Shown here piece after piece: positions 43,369 through 53,416 of a stretch of 64,000 bases of DNA (position 1 is its first letter; each line of letters begins with the position of its first letter). The translations under genes were made by a program, and so were the position numbers. A model generated the notes under the pieces. That model saw only the letters and a list, made by a program, of their open reading frames with translations, was not told the DNA's origin and ran no database searches. Source of the DNA: an uncultured Verrucomicrobiae bacterium (GTDB lineage Bacteria; Verrucomicrobiota; Verrucomicrobiia; Chthoniobacterales; UBA10450); assembly GCA_963756875.1 (NCBI GenBank), contig CAVWPA010000001.1:576001-640000 (forward strand), written 5' to 3'.

Positions 43369-43974
43369 TTACCCGCTGAGATACTTGCTCAAACGAGCCC
43401 GTAACTCTGTTCGAGCCCGGAAGAGCACGCTTTTTACCGCCGGCACGGAGAGATTCAGGACTTCGCCGATTTGCTCGTAACTAAGCTCCTCGTAGCGGCG
43501 TAGAACCAGGGCGAGGCGTTGGCTTTCGGGAAGCGCCTGGATCGCCTCCTCGATCGCTTGCTGCAGCTCTCTCTCAAGAAGCGAGGCATCGGGCAAGCGA
43601 CCCGTTTCGTCCCTTAGCGGGATCTCCTCGCCTTGTGGGTCGGCCTGGATGGGAACATGGGCCTGCCGCTTGGAGCGACGCAGTTCGTTAAAAACCAGAT
43701 TGCGCGTGATCTTGAGCAACCAGGTCGTGAATTTGGCCCGGGGGACATAGCGACCGGCGCTCTTCCAAACACGAATGAAAACCTGCTGGGCGATGTCCTC
43801 TACATCGGAATTGCTTCCGAGCATTCGCGCTACCGTGCCGGCGACGAGTGCCTGATGCCGCTCAATCAATTCCTCAAAGGCTGTCGTGTCGCCGGTGCGT
43901 ATCAATCGCATCAATCGGACATCTTCGGCATCGCCCTCTACCGGGTCGTTGGGTGGGGCGTCAGGGTGGGACAT
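43369..43974 (-). CDS. ECF sigma-70 factor
   Basis: EDIAQQVFIRVW, FTTWL and LSYEQIGEVL...VKSVLFRAR motifs. Confidence 0.95.
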   Translation of the reverse strand: MSHPDAPPNDPVEGDAEDVRLMRLIRTGDTTAFEELIERHQALVAGTVARMLGSNSDVEDIAQQVFIRVWKSAGRYVPRAKFTTWLLKITRNLVFNELRRSKRQAHVPIQADPQGEEIPLRDETGRLPDASLLERELQQAIEEAIQALPESQRLALVLRRYEELSYEQIGEVLNLSVPAVKSVLFRARTELRARLSKYLSG

Positions 43975-44140
43975 CGATCAGGCGCGGGTTCGCGATCTCG
44001 CAGTAATCACCACCGCAAATACTCAAATCCCTGGCGACTTGGGTCGACCAAAGATTGGCGGTTGCTGCTCCGGTGCTTTTTGTTGCAACCGGCGAGTCGA
44101 GTGTGCATCATAACGAATATCTCTCAGGGCCCGGCTGCGG

Positions 44141-45289
44141 ATGAATTACGCACTTATTCCAAAAGAACTTAGGTCGGTCGCGGAAAAAATCGAGGCACGG
44201 CAACGGATTTCCGACGCCGAGGCATTCGAATTGTACCGCTCGCCCGATCTCAATGCCCTTGGTCTTCTTGCGAGTGACGTCCGTAAACAGAAGAACGGAA
44301 ATTACGCCACGTATATTCACAATCGGTATATCAACTACTCCAATATTTGCGTCCTTTCTTGTCAGTTCTGCGCTTTTGCCGCCAAGAAACGCGATGCGCA
44401 CGCTTTTGAATACGCAATTGATGAAATTGTTGCCGTTGTAAGAGAAGCTCTTCGTGTCGGAGTGACCGAAGTCCACATGGTCGGCGGCTTGCATCCGACT
44501 CTGAAAAAGGATTGGTACCTCTGCCTTTTGCGCGAGTTGCGGGCCCTTGATCCTGACCTGCACATCAAGGCTTTCACCGCCATCGAGGTACGCCATCTCG
44601 CTCGGCGAGTTTTTCGGATGCCGATTCGTGAGACACTCGAGCTCTTGCGTGAGGTCGGCCTCGGTTCAATGACGGGGGGTGGCGCCGAAATCTTTGATCC
44701 GATTGTCCGTGAAAAGATTTGCCGCGGAAAGGAGACCGCAGCTCAGTGGCTCGACGTTCACCGAACGTGGCATAAAATGGGCGGGCGCAGCACCTGTACG
44801 ATGCTTTATGGGCATATCGAGACGATTGCTCACCGCATCGATCATTTGCGTCAGTTGCGCGAATTGCAGGATGAAACCGGCGGTTTCAGCGGTTTCGTTC
44901 CGTTTGCGTTCGAACCGCAGACGACAGTGCTTTCCCACATCAAACCAGCGTCTCCAGTTGAGCAGCTTCGGAACCTCGCCGTTAGTCGCATCTACCTCGA
45001 TAACATCGATCATCTCACCGCTTATTGGGTGAGCATGGGGTTGCCGCTCGCGCAGGTCTCGCTCAGCTATGGCGTCGACGACCTGCACGGGACGATCCTG
45101 GAAGAGAAAATTTTTCACATGGCCGGCGCCACGACTCCACAACAGCAAACCATTGCGTCGCTCGAACGCGCCATCCGAGAATCCGGGAGGGAACCGATCC
45201 AGCGCGACAGCCACTACCGTCACGTCATTTCGAAAACGACTTCCACCGGGAACGGCACGCATCCGGAGCCGGTGCTGGCCTGCGCCTGA
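44141..45289 (+). CDS. mqnE: Aminofutalosine synthase (radical SAM)
   Basis: CxxxCxFC, HIKAFTAIE, GGGAEIF and TMLYGHIE motifs; adjacent to mqnA. Confidence 0.9.
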   Translation: MNYALIPKELRSVAEKIEARQRISDAEAFELYRSPDLNALGLLASDVRKQKNGNYATYIHNRYINYSNICVLSCQFCAFAAKKRDAHAFEYAIDEIVAVVREALRVGVTEVHMVGGLHPTLKKDWYLCLLRELRALDPDLHIKAFTAIEVRHLARRVFRMPIRETLELLREVGLGSMTGGGAEIFDPIVREKICRGKETAAQWLDVHRTWHKMGGRSTCTMLYGHIETIAHRIDHLRQLRELQDETGGFSGFVPFAFEPQTTVLSHIKPASPVEQLRNLAVSRIYLDNIDHLTAYWVSMGLPLAQVSLSYGVDDLHGTILEEKIFHMAGATTPQQQTIASLERAIRESGREPIQRDSHYRHVISKTTSTGNGTHPEPVLACA

Positions 45290-45291
45290 GT

Positions 45292-46101
45292 GTGGCAGCG
45301 CCAGATTCTGTCGGTTCGACTACCAAAAGTCGGCAACCGCTCCGGATCGGTTGCGTCAAATACCTCAACGCGCGCCCTCTGATTCGCGGTTGGCCTGGTG
45401 AGGTCTCTTTAGAGCATCCTGCGGCGCTCTGCGCGGGGCTCGCCGCCGGGGAACTCGATGTTGCCCTGGTCTCGAGTTTCGAATTTCTGCGCAATCCGAT
45501 CTACACGATCGTGGACGGGGTCGCGATTGCGTCGGATGGGCCTGTTTACAGCGTTTTTGTAGCACATCCGCCTGATGTCCGGCTCAAGGAGATAGAGTTG
45601 GATCCGGCCTCGGCGACCGGCGTTGCCCTCCTGCGATATTTGATGTCCGAGCGAGGACAGAATCTCGTGCCGCTGGAGCCTCCCGAGGACAAGCTCTCTC
45701 CACTAAATCCGGGTCGGTCGCGTTTCTTGATCGGCGATCAGGCCATACGGTTTCGCCAGAAGTTTGGGGACGCCTACCATTATTGGGACCTTGGGGAACA
45801 ATGGCGGGGGGTGGCAAGATTGCCTTTCGTTTATGCTCTTTGGCTCATTCGACCCGAAGTACGCGATGCCAGTGCTACCGCAGGGCGGTTGCGCGCGTTG
45901 CGAGACGAAAACCTCGCAAACATCGATGAGTTGATTGCCGAGGAGAGCGGGTTCGATCGCGAATTTTGTGCCCGATATTTTCGCGAACATTTGCGGTTTA
46001 ATCTTGGAGAACGGGAAAAAGCAGCGTTGCAGACTTTTCAAAAGTTGTGCGAAAAGAGCGGGCTCCTTCCCAAACGCACGATCGAATTCACCATCGTCTA
46101 G
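45292..46101 (+). CDS. mqnA: Chorismate dehydratase (futalosine pathway)
   Basis: YLNARPL, LIGDQA and DLGEQW...LPFVYALW motifs. Confidence 0.9.
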   Translation: MAAPDSVGSTTKSRQPLRIGCVKYLNARPLIRGWPGEVSLEHPAALCAGLAAGELDVALVSSFEFLRNPIYTIVDGVAIASDGPVYSVFVAHPPDVRLKEIELDPASATGVALLRYLMSERGQNLVPLEPPEDKLSPLNPGRSRFLIGDQAIRFRQKFGDAYHYWDLGEQWRGVARLPFVYALWLIRPEVRDASATAGRLRALRDENLANIDELIAEESGFDREFCARYFREHLRFNLGEREKAALQTFQKLCEKSGLLPKRTIEFTIV

Positions 46102-46115
46102 TCAGTCCGACAGCC

Positions 46116-47288
46116 CTAAATTCCAGCCCGGTCGAGCAGCGAAGCAAGAACTGTTTCCGCTTCGAAAACCTCGCGCGCGATCTGTCTGGCGGCGCGGGAA
46201 TGTTTCGAATAATCTCTGTTAATCTTTCTGACCGTCTCGACAATTTCGCCTAACGACTTAAATGCGAGCAGGCCGGCGTTGCCGCCGTAGTTATCGGTGA
46301 AACCGGTTTCCTGCGTAATGACCGGACGTCCGGCCGCCAAATAACATGCGCTTCGGTCACTGAACCAGCCGGTCTTCAAGCGGACATACTGGTCTTTTGC
46401 CACGGTGAACTCTCCCTTCGAGCGCTGGATGTAATTGCGATACGACCAGTAATCCACGCTTAACTGGTGCGGGGATTTAAGCCGCCACCGGTTTCGCACG
46501 AAGCGGTCGTGCGTTTTTCGATCCTTGATGTCGGTGGCGAGCTCAAACGTTTCGCCGCACTTTTTTGGAGCGGCGACGAATCGGATGAACTCGCGCGACT
46601 TGCTCCAGAGATATTTTTCGCCACGCCAGGTGATGTCCTTAAGTCCGCTTGTGGACCAGTTGGCGATGGACGTGAAGAGGGCGGCGGGCGCCGGCCGGCG
46701 GTTTGTTTTCCACAGGTCGGTCACTACCGGTTGCCGCGTCGGCAGCCATTTTAATCCGTGTTTTGGGACCGGAAAGGTGTCGCGGCCGACATTCTCTCCA
46801 AATGTGAACAGCGCATGGTGCCGGCCGAGGTAATCAACAGTCGACTTGACGCATTTGTCGATCTTGATTTGCTCCACGCCCGGATCGCTTTCGATGTAAA
46901 TAAGCCGATCGCTCTTGAGCAGGTCGTCGTTGAATTCCTGCGTGCCGCAGATATTGAAGATCGCGTCCGCGTCGCGATAAAGCTGGCGAATTTCCTTCAA
47001 GGACAAACCGGCGGTCGGTTTGCTCTTTAAATAGCGCGCGCAAAATCCCCAGCGGTTCTCGAAACCAAATTCGCGCGCCAAGCGGTCGAGCGTTTCGCCC
47101 GCGTAATCGAACTCGTCGCTAATCTCGAACGTTTCCGGGTTGTACGGAAACCGGGCCGAATCTTCGATGTAATAAACATCGTGTCCCAGCCGTTGCAGCC
47201 CAACGACGTAATGGATGTGTTGCCAGATCACACCCGCGATTGGCATCGAGCCCATGAAACCCATTACGACGATGCGTTTGCGCTGCAT
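46116..47288 (-). CDS. GT-B glycosyltransferase-like protein of unknown specificity
   Basis: GLQRLGHDVYY and WFSDRSACYLAAGRPVITQETG motifs. Confidence 0.7.
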   Translation of the reverse strand: MQRKRIVVMGFMGSMPIAGVIWQHIHYVVGLQRLGHDVYYIEDSARFPYNPETFEISDEFDYAGETLDRLAREFGFENRWGFCARYLKSKPTAGLSLKEIRQLYRDADAIFNICGTQEFNDDLLKSDRLIYIESDPGVEQIKIDKCVKSTVDYLGRHHALFTFGENVGRDTFPVPKHGLKWLPTRQPVVTDLWKTNRRPAPAALFTSIANWSTSGLKDITWRGEKYLWSKSREFIRFVAAPKKCGETFELATDIKDRKTHDRFVRNRWRLKSPHQLSVDYWSYRNYIQRSKGEFTVAKDQYVRLKTGWFSDRSACYLAAGRPVITQETGFTDNYGGNAGLLAFKSLGEIVETVRKINRDYSKHSRAARQIAREVFEAETVLASLLDRAGI

Positions 47289-47875
47289 TACTGGAAGGTT
47301 TTGACCACGTTTGCCGGATTGCCGGCTACCACAGAATTCGGCGGAACACTTTTGGTGACGACCGATCCTGCCGCTACTACGGAGTTCTCGCCGATGGTAA
47401 CACCTTTCAGAATTGTTGCGTTCATCCCAATCCAGACATTGTCGCCAATCTCGACCGGCGCAGTTTTCAAGGCGGGCCGTTTGGGGCGATTTTTGTAAAA
47501 GGGCGCGAGCGCCTGCGCGTCGATCAGGCGCTGGGCCGGTTCGAGGGGGTGAAAATCGCAATCAGCGATCCCGACGTTCCAGGAAATCAGGCAGTGCGAC
47601 CCGATAACGATCTTCTCTTCCGCCATGATCAGAGCGCCGTTGAGCAAGGTGAAATCGCCAATGACACATTGGCCTGCTTCTCCCATCGCGAAGGAACATC
47701 CGGCGTAAACGGAGACATGTTTTCCAATTAAGATCGCTCCCGATTTTTTATTGCGGAGGTAGCGAAAGACCTGCGCGGTCTCGCAATAAAACCCTTCCCC
47801 GAACTCAACATTCGGAGGGATCGGGTCTTTCCACCAGTCTCCTTCCACGCGTCGATCCGGCCGGACGTTGCTCAT
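47288..47875 (-). CDS. Hexapeptide-repeat (LbH) acyltransferase
   Basis: IGDNVWIG...[10 protein letters not shown]...AGNPA. Confidence 0.92.
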   Translation of the reverse strand: MSNVRPDRRVEGDWWKDPIPPNVEFGEGFYCETAQVFRYLRNKKSGAILIGKHVSVYAGCSFAMGEAGQCVIGDFTLLNGALIMAEEKIVIGSHCLISWNVGIADCDFHPLEPAQRLIDAQALAPFYKNRPKRPALKTAPVEIGDNVWIGMNATILKGVTIGENSVVAAGSVVTKSVPPNSVVAGNPANVVKTFQ

Positions 47876-49668
47876 GTCGAAAACTTTCCGGACGAGTAAA
47901 GTTTTGCGTAAACACCGCCGCGCGCGACCAATTCGTCACCGCGCCCTTGTTCCACGATACGGCCGCGATCGAGCACGATGATTTGGTCCACGTCGTGGAT
48001 TGTTGCCAGCCGGTGCGTTGCGATCAGTGTTGTGCGGCCGCGCATGAGTTCTTTGATTGTTTCCATAATGGCAGACTCGGTCGCCGGGTCGAGGGCGGAC
48101 GTCGGTTCATCAAGCAGCAAAATCGGTGCATTTTTTAAAAACGCGCGGGCGATTCCAATTCGCTGCCGCTGGCCGACGCTCAAATGTCCGCCACGTTCCC
48201 CAACCAGGCTGGCGTAACCGTTTGGCAGCGCACGGATGAATTCATCCGCCTGGGCGCGGCGCGCGGCATTGACAATCTCTTCTTCGCTCGCGTCGGGACG
48301 GCCATACGCGATGTTTTCGCGCACGGTGGTCGAAAAGAGCAACGTGTCCTGCAGAACCATTCCGATTTGTGCGCGCAACGATTTCTTTTTGATCTGGCGA
48401 AGGTTGCGTCCATCGAGGCCGACAGAACCGGACGCGGGATCGTAGAATCGCGGGACCAGGCTTAGAAGAGTGCTTTTGCCTGCGCCGGTTCCGCCTACCA
48501 GCGCGATGATTTGATTCGGTTCGATGTGAAGATCGATATCATGCAGGACGCGTCGATCTTGCGCGTAACCAAAGGAGACGTTGCGAAACTCCAGTGCACC
48601 TTTGGTCTCCGCAATGTCGATCGCATCGGGCGAATCGACCACATCATCTTGCCGGTCAAGGACTTCGAAGCAGCGCCTCGCGCCGGCTGTCGCGCCTTCC
48701 ATGGCCCAGGCGGTGTACGTAAGCGATTCGAGAGGTTGATAAAGCATTAACAGATAAGCGCTGAAGACAAGGAGCGAACCAAGCGTGAGCGTTCCGGCCA
48801 GGACGTGCATTGTTCCGAGGTAATACATTGCAGCTGTGCCGACGACCATGAGTGTGCTGATGATCAGCGCGCTATTCAGGTTGGTTAAAGTGAGTCGCAA
48901 GTTGGCCTGCAAACTTTGCTGGGCTTGCGTGCGAAACTGGTGCACTTCCCAATCTTCGCGTCCGAAGGCATGGACCATGCGAATGGAGCTGAGCCCTTCC
49001 TGAGCCTGCGCCAGGACCGCGCTTTCCTGTTCCTGGATAAAGGTCGATTCCCGGCGAATGCGATGAGCGAAAAAATAAATCGTGGCAAGGAGCAGAGGAA
49101 CAATTCCAAGCGAAAGCAACGTGAGCTGCCAGTCGATCCGGATCATCACGGCGAAAGTGCCGGCGAGCGTGATGACTGACGCAAAGATATTGGTAAAGCC
49201 TTTATTGTAGATCGTTTGAATCGATTGTGAATCGTACGCCACCCGAAAACTGGAATCGCTCGAACGGCGGGCATCATGATACTTGAGCGACAACGATTGC
49301 AGATAAGAGTAAAGATCGGTGCGAAGTTTCAAGAGCGCCTGCAACCCAACCTTCACGAACAGATAATTCGTGATCCAATTGATGATTCCCCATAAAATTT
49401 GAATTACAACAAGCGCCAGACAGAGGATCAGGACGTTGGCCGCAAGACCCGATTCGAGAGCAATCTGATGGCTTCCCACGCGGACAATTAGCGGCGCAGC
49501 TTGTGCGGATATATTCCCGGCACGCGGCAAAATTTGGTCGACAATGATTTTGAGCGGCCAGGGTTTGAGTAAATTGAGACCGATCCCGACGAGCGAAAGC
49601 AGTAATCCGAAAACGGTTTGTGCCAAAAACGGCTGGTAATAGCGAAGGACGCGCCGGTAGATCGACAT
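47872..49668 (-). CDS. ABC exporter, fused TMD + NBD (MsbA-like)
   Basis: [16 protein letters not shown] and DEPTSALD motifs. Confidence 0.95.
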   Translation of the reverse strand: MSIYRRVLRYYQPFLAQTVFGLLLSLVGIGLNLLKPWPLKIIVDQILPRAGNISAQAAPLIVRVGSHQIALESGLAANVLILCLALVVIQILWGIINWITNYLFVKVGLQALLKLRTDLYSYLQSLSLKYHDARRSSDSSFRVAYDSQSIQTIYNKGFTNIFASVITLAGTFAVMIRIDWQLTLLSLGIVPLLLATIYFFAHRIRRESTFIQEQESAVLAQAQEGLSSIRMVHAFGREDWEVHQFRTQAQQSLQANLRLTLTNLNSALIISTLMVVGTAAMYYLGTMHVLAGTLTLGSLLVFSAYLLMLYQPLESLTYTAWAMEGATAGARRCFEVLDRQDDVVDSPDAIDIAETKGALEFRNVSFGYAQDRRVLHDIDLHIEPNQIIALVGGTGAGKSTLLSLVPRFYDPASGSVGLDGRNLRQIKKKSLRAQIGMVLQDTLLFSTTVRENIAYGRPDASEEEIVNAARRAQADEFIRALPNGYASLVGERGGHLSVGQRQRIGIARAFLKNAPILLLDEPTSALDPATESAIMETIKELMRGRTTLIATHRLATIHDVDQIIVLDRGRIVEQGRGDELVARGGVYAKLYSSGKFST

Positions 49669-49673
49669 AAATA

Positions 49674-49767
49674 TTTGAGATTGCGGAATTGTTAATTCGG
49701 ATTGAACTACATGCGCTGCTAAAGGTCAGAGGTTAAGTCCGAAATCCGGAATCTGAAATCCGAAATC
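49674..49767. repeat. Heptamer arrays flanking a divergent intergenic region
   Basis: TCCGAAA TCCGGAA TCTGAAA TCCGAAA at 49738, plus a degenerate reverse array near 49674. Confidence 0.65.
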
Positions 49768-49772
49768 TTCTT

Positions 49773-50414
49773 GTGCATCAGCTTCTTCAAATCTGGTTCG
49801 ACTGGGTCCAGCATGGCGGCTATCTCGGCGTCATCGCGCTGATGGCGATGGCCAGCTCTCCGTTGCCCGTGCCGGCCGAAATCGTCATACCGCCCGCCGC
49901 TTTTCTGGCAGCCCAGGGGCGGTTCAGTTTGGCAGGGGTGATTCTTGCCGGAACACTGGGCTCATACCTGGGCGGGACCGTTGTTTACTGGGTATCGCAG
50001 TGGATCGGCCGCCCGCTGGTCTTGCGATTTGGACGCTACGTCTTGCTCACGCCCAAAAAACTTGAGGACGCCGAGCACTGGCTCGACCGGTACGAGGGTG
50101 GCGGAGTGTTCTTCGGCAGAATCTTGCCGGTCGTTCGGCATCTGATCTCCATTCCCGCAGGCATTGTCCGGATGAATTTCGCGCTGTTCAGCGTGACGAC
50201 GCTGGTTGGCTCGGCGGTCTCGTGCGGTCTGCTTGCATATCTGGGGCGTCGCGCCTATTTCGTTGAGCCCCAGCTCTTAACCAACCCGGAAGCGATGGTG
50301 CACTTTATTAAGTCACAGTCGCGATGGATCCTCCTGGTCGTTCTCATTTTCGCGGCGATGTATTTCGTGGCGCTCAGGCTGATGCAGGCGCGCCCGGCGC
50401 CGGAGGGCGAATAA
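49773..50414 (+). CDS. DedA-family membrane protein
   Basis: PVPAEIVIPPAAF and FGRILPVVRHLISIPAG motifs. Confidence 0.93.
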   Translation: MHQLLQIWFDWVQHGGYLGVIALMAMASSPLPVPAEIVIPPAAFLAAQGRFSLAGVILAGTLGSYLGGTVVYWVSQWIGRPLVLRFGRYVLLTPKKLEDAEHWLDRYEGGGVFFGRILPVVRHLISIPAGIVRMNFALFSVTTLVGSAVSCGLLAYLGRRAYFVEPQLLTNPEAMVHFIKSQSRWILLVVLIFAAMYFVALRLMQARPAPEGE

Positions 50415-50579
50415 AGGCATGTCCGGGCGGCCAAGTGTAAATAAATAAGACACTTGTGTCATATTTGTGCCGGCATTGGTCCGCATTGAGACTCGGTCGT
50501 GGTTGGAAGGGGGCTATCCACTATCTGTGGGCGAAGATTGAACAAAATGGCACCGGACGTGCTCTAACAATCGAACGTT

Positions 50580-50762
50580 ATGAAGAAGAACAACCTCATA
50601 TTGAAGCCACGCACGAAGTTTTCTCTCGGCGATCTCATCCTCGCTGTGAGTTCTTGCACCCGAAACACGAAGGAGACGGTCGCAACAGTGGCCGATCTGC
50701 TCGATAGCGGTAAGGTTCGCCTGCAAAGCAACGGTCGCTTCCTGCGAGCCAGGGTTTGCTAG
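50580..50762 (+). CDS. Small basic hypothetical protein (60 aa)
   Basis: ATG start; followed by a strong terminator. Confidence 0.6.
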   Translation: MKKNNLILKPRTKFSLGDLILAVSSCTRNTKETVATVADLLDSGKVRLQSNGRFLRARVC

Positions 50763-50787
50763 ACTAGCTGACCAACGACTTTCGAAG

Positions 50788-50824
50788 TCGCTCCGGTGAT
50801 TTGTCCACCGGAGCGATTTTTTTT
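50788..50824 (+). terminator. Intrinsic terminator
   Basis: TCGCTCCGGTG / CACCGGAGCGA 11-bp stem + T8. Confidence 0.9.
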
Positions 50825-50919
50825 ACGATTTCCAGTATATTTGAAACGCCCGATTGGTCGGGTTCACTCTTCGAAAGAGGTTGCAGAGTGGGCCACTGAT
50901 CAGCAGGCGATTCCCGGCG

Positions 50920-51831
50920 CTACGGTATGGGCGGCAGGGCGCCGGCGAGCATAAGAAGGGCGCCGCAATACATCAGCGTATCTGCGAAGTAATTAATGCC
51001 CTCGAGGCTTCCGCGTTCTGCGATTGCGAACGGCACGTACACGACCAACACCACGAAGAGCACTGTCACGCCTAGCCACGTCGCAGCGGCGCGGCTTTTC
51101 TTGCCGACTAGCAAGAAAGTACCTGCAATGGCGTAAACTGCGGCTACCAAGTACGTCCAAATGGCGTGGCCCCAGATCCACACGGGCGTCAGCGCTTCCA
51201 GGGGAATGCCGGGAACATGATTGCCGTGCATGAATTGCTCGAGGCTGTAAAACAGCACGGGAACGGCAATGAAGTATCGCGCGATGGTGGCAAAAATGTG
51301 CGTGCCGCGCTCGCGCCACCGCTCGGTGAGACTGGCAGCCAGGGCCAAAGCGCCGCCACCGAAGGATAGTTCGCGGAGGGCGAGGGTCAGCGCAAAGCGA
51401 TCGTGCAGATGGCGCGCCCAGCCCGGGACGTCCATCAGCGCCACGAAAAGGAAAAAGGTCAAGGCGAGCAAGCTCGCCGCGAGACGCGCTTGAATCCGCG
51501 TGACCAAACTCAGCCCGGCGGCGACGAAGCAAGCGCCTACGAAATACGCCCAAAAGTAATGCCAGGGAATCCACTTCGGTACGCTCGACGCGATGGCCTT
51601 GGTTATTGTGAAATGTTCGGTGCCGAAGGCGGCCACCGGCGCTGCGTAGAAAAGCGGCCCGAACAGAATCAGCTTGTCGAGCCCTCGCACCTTTTGCCAA
51701 TAGCCGCGAAGAAAAATCACGGCTAGCCCGATGGCAAAAACCACTCCAAAAGCAAAATAGGCCCAAATCACCTGGCTGGGAATTGCGGCGAGAACCATGC
51801 CTGTCGGCGAATTCATTAAGGTGCCGCTCAT
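50920..51831 (-). CDS. Tandem DoxX-like membrane protein
   Basis: Two similar hydrophobic halves (EHF...VPKWIPW; EQF...PVWIWG). Confidence 0.75.
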   Translation of the reverse strand: MSGTLMNSPTGMVLAAIPSQVIWAYFAFGVVFAIGLAVIFLRGYWQKVRGLDKLILFGPLFYAAPVAAFGTEHFTITKAIASSVPKWIPWHYFWAYFVGACFVAAGLSLVTRIQARLAASLLALTFFLFVALMDVPGWARHLHDRFALTLALRELSFGGGALALAASLTERWRERGTHIFATIARYFIAVPVLFYSLEQFMHGNHVPGIPLEALTPVWIWGHAIWTYLVAAVYAIAGTFLLVGKKSRAAATWLGVTVLFVVLVVYVPFAIAERGSLEGINYFADTLMYCGALLMLAGALPPIP

Positions 51832-52095
51832 GGCGATCCCGTTCTTCTCACTGAACTCTGGCGCAATATCCTGCCCATGGAGATGTGCTCAAATACCCCA
51901 AAGGAAGGAGGGCCGCAAGAGTTTGGCGCGGCTCGGCCCCTCGCGAAATTTCGCGCTGCGCTGCGACGGGTAGGTTAAGACCCGCCTCCATGAAAACCCG
52001 GCAACACGCCGCGCTCGCGTTTTCTGAGCCCTGTCTCCGAAAGAGGCTTGCGATTTCACTTTGGAAATCGGCGATAGACTCCTTATCTTCGCAGG

Positions 52096-53391
52096 GTGAT
52101 CGATCGTTATTCGCGGCCCGAAATGCGTCAGATCTGGTCGGATGAGCGTAAATTCCAGATCTGGCTTGAAATCGAATTGCTCGCCTGCGAGGCGATGGCA
52201 GAGCTCGGCCAGATACCAAAAAGCGACGCCGCGGAAATTCGCAAGCGTGCGCGTTTTTCTATTCCCGAAATTGCCGAGATAGAGAAACGGACAAATCACG
52301 ATGTCATCGCCTTTCTCGAAAACGTAGCCGCATCTGTTGGGCCGGCGGCACGCTGGATTCATCAGGGGCTGACCTCGTCGGACATTCTGGACACGGCGCT
52401 GGCCGTGCAATTGACGGAGTCGATCAAACTTCTTGCCGACGACTTGAAGAGCCTTCGCGGCGCCGTGGCCGTTCAGGCGCGACGTTTCAAGATGACTCCG
52501 ATGATCGGACGCAGTCATGGCGTGCATGCCGAACCAGTTACATTTGGATTGAAGATGGCGTTGATGTTCGATGAATTTGGACGTGCCGAAGAAAGGCTTG
52601 CGCAAACATGTGAGCGGGTTCGCGTAGGAAAAATCAGCGGCGCCGTCGGCACGCACGCGCACATCGATCCCAAAATCGAGCGGATCGTTTGCGAGAAGCT
52701 GGGATTGCGGCCGGCGATTCTTTCCACTCAGATCGTCCAACGCGACAGGCACGCGGAGTTTTTAACTACGCTGGCCGTGATTGCCTCCAGCATTGACCGG
52801 TGGGCCACGGAGTTTCGTCATTTGCAACGAACGGAGGTGCTCGAAGTTGAGGAGTTTTTCGGTGCGGAACAGAAAGGCAGTTCGGCCATGCCGCATAAGC
52901 GAAATCCGATCACGAGCGAGCGCCTGAGCGGCCTGGCCCGTGTCATCCGCGGCAATTCCATTGTCGCGCTGGAAAACGTCGCGCTTTGGCACGAGCGCGA
53001 TATCAGTCATTCCAGCGCGGAGAGAATCATCCTGCCGGACTCGTGCATTCTGCTTGATTACATGCTGACGCAACTGCGCACGCTGGTGGAGCGTCTGCAG
53101 GTTTACCCGGAGCGGATGCAACAAAACCTGGAGCTCACCCGGGGGTTGTATTTCAGCCAATCGATTCTACTCGCGCTCACACGGGCCGGTACGGAGCGGA
53201 AGAGCGCCTACGAAGCAGTACAGCTGGCAGCGATGAAAACATGGAAGGGTGAAGGAACGCTTGCGGAGAACCTCAAACGGGAACCGGAGATCGCGGCGAA
53301 ACTTTCAGGGGCAGAGATCGACCGGCTCTGCTCTCTCGACGTTCACTTTCAACACGTCGATGCGACGTTTAAAGCGCTTGGTTTGGAATGA
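52096..53391 (+). CDS. purB: Adenylosuccinate lyase
   Basis: GRSHGVHAEP, GSSAMPHKRNP and HERDISHS motifs. Confidence 0.98.
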   Translation: MIDRYSRPEMRQIWSDERKFQIWLEIELLACEAMAELGQIPKSDAAEIRKRARFSIPEIAEIEKRTNHDVIAFLENVAASVGPAARWIHQGLTSSDILDTALAVQLTESIKLLADDLKSLRGAVAVQARRFKMTPMIGRSHGVHAEPVTFGLKMALMFDEFGRAEERLAQTCERVRVGKISGAVGTHAHIDPKIERIVCEKLGLRPAILSTQIVQRDRHAEFLTTLAVIASSIDRWATEFRHLQRTEVLEVEEFFGAEQKGSSAMPHKRNPITSERLSGLARVIRGNSIVALENVALWHERDISHSSAERIILPDSCILLDYMLTQLRTLVERLQVYPERMQQNLELTRGLYFSQSILLALTRAGTERKSAYEAVQLAAMKTWKGEGTLAENLKREPEIAAKLSGAEIDRLCSLDVHFQHVDATFKALGLE

Positions 53392-53416
53392 GCGGCTGCG
53401 GGAAGCGCTCCGCGAT

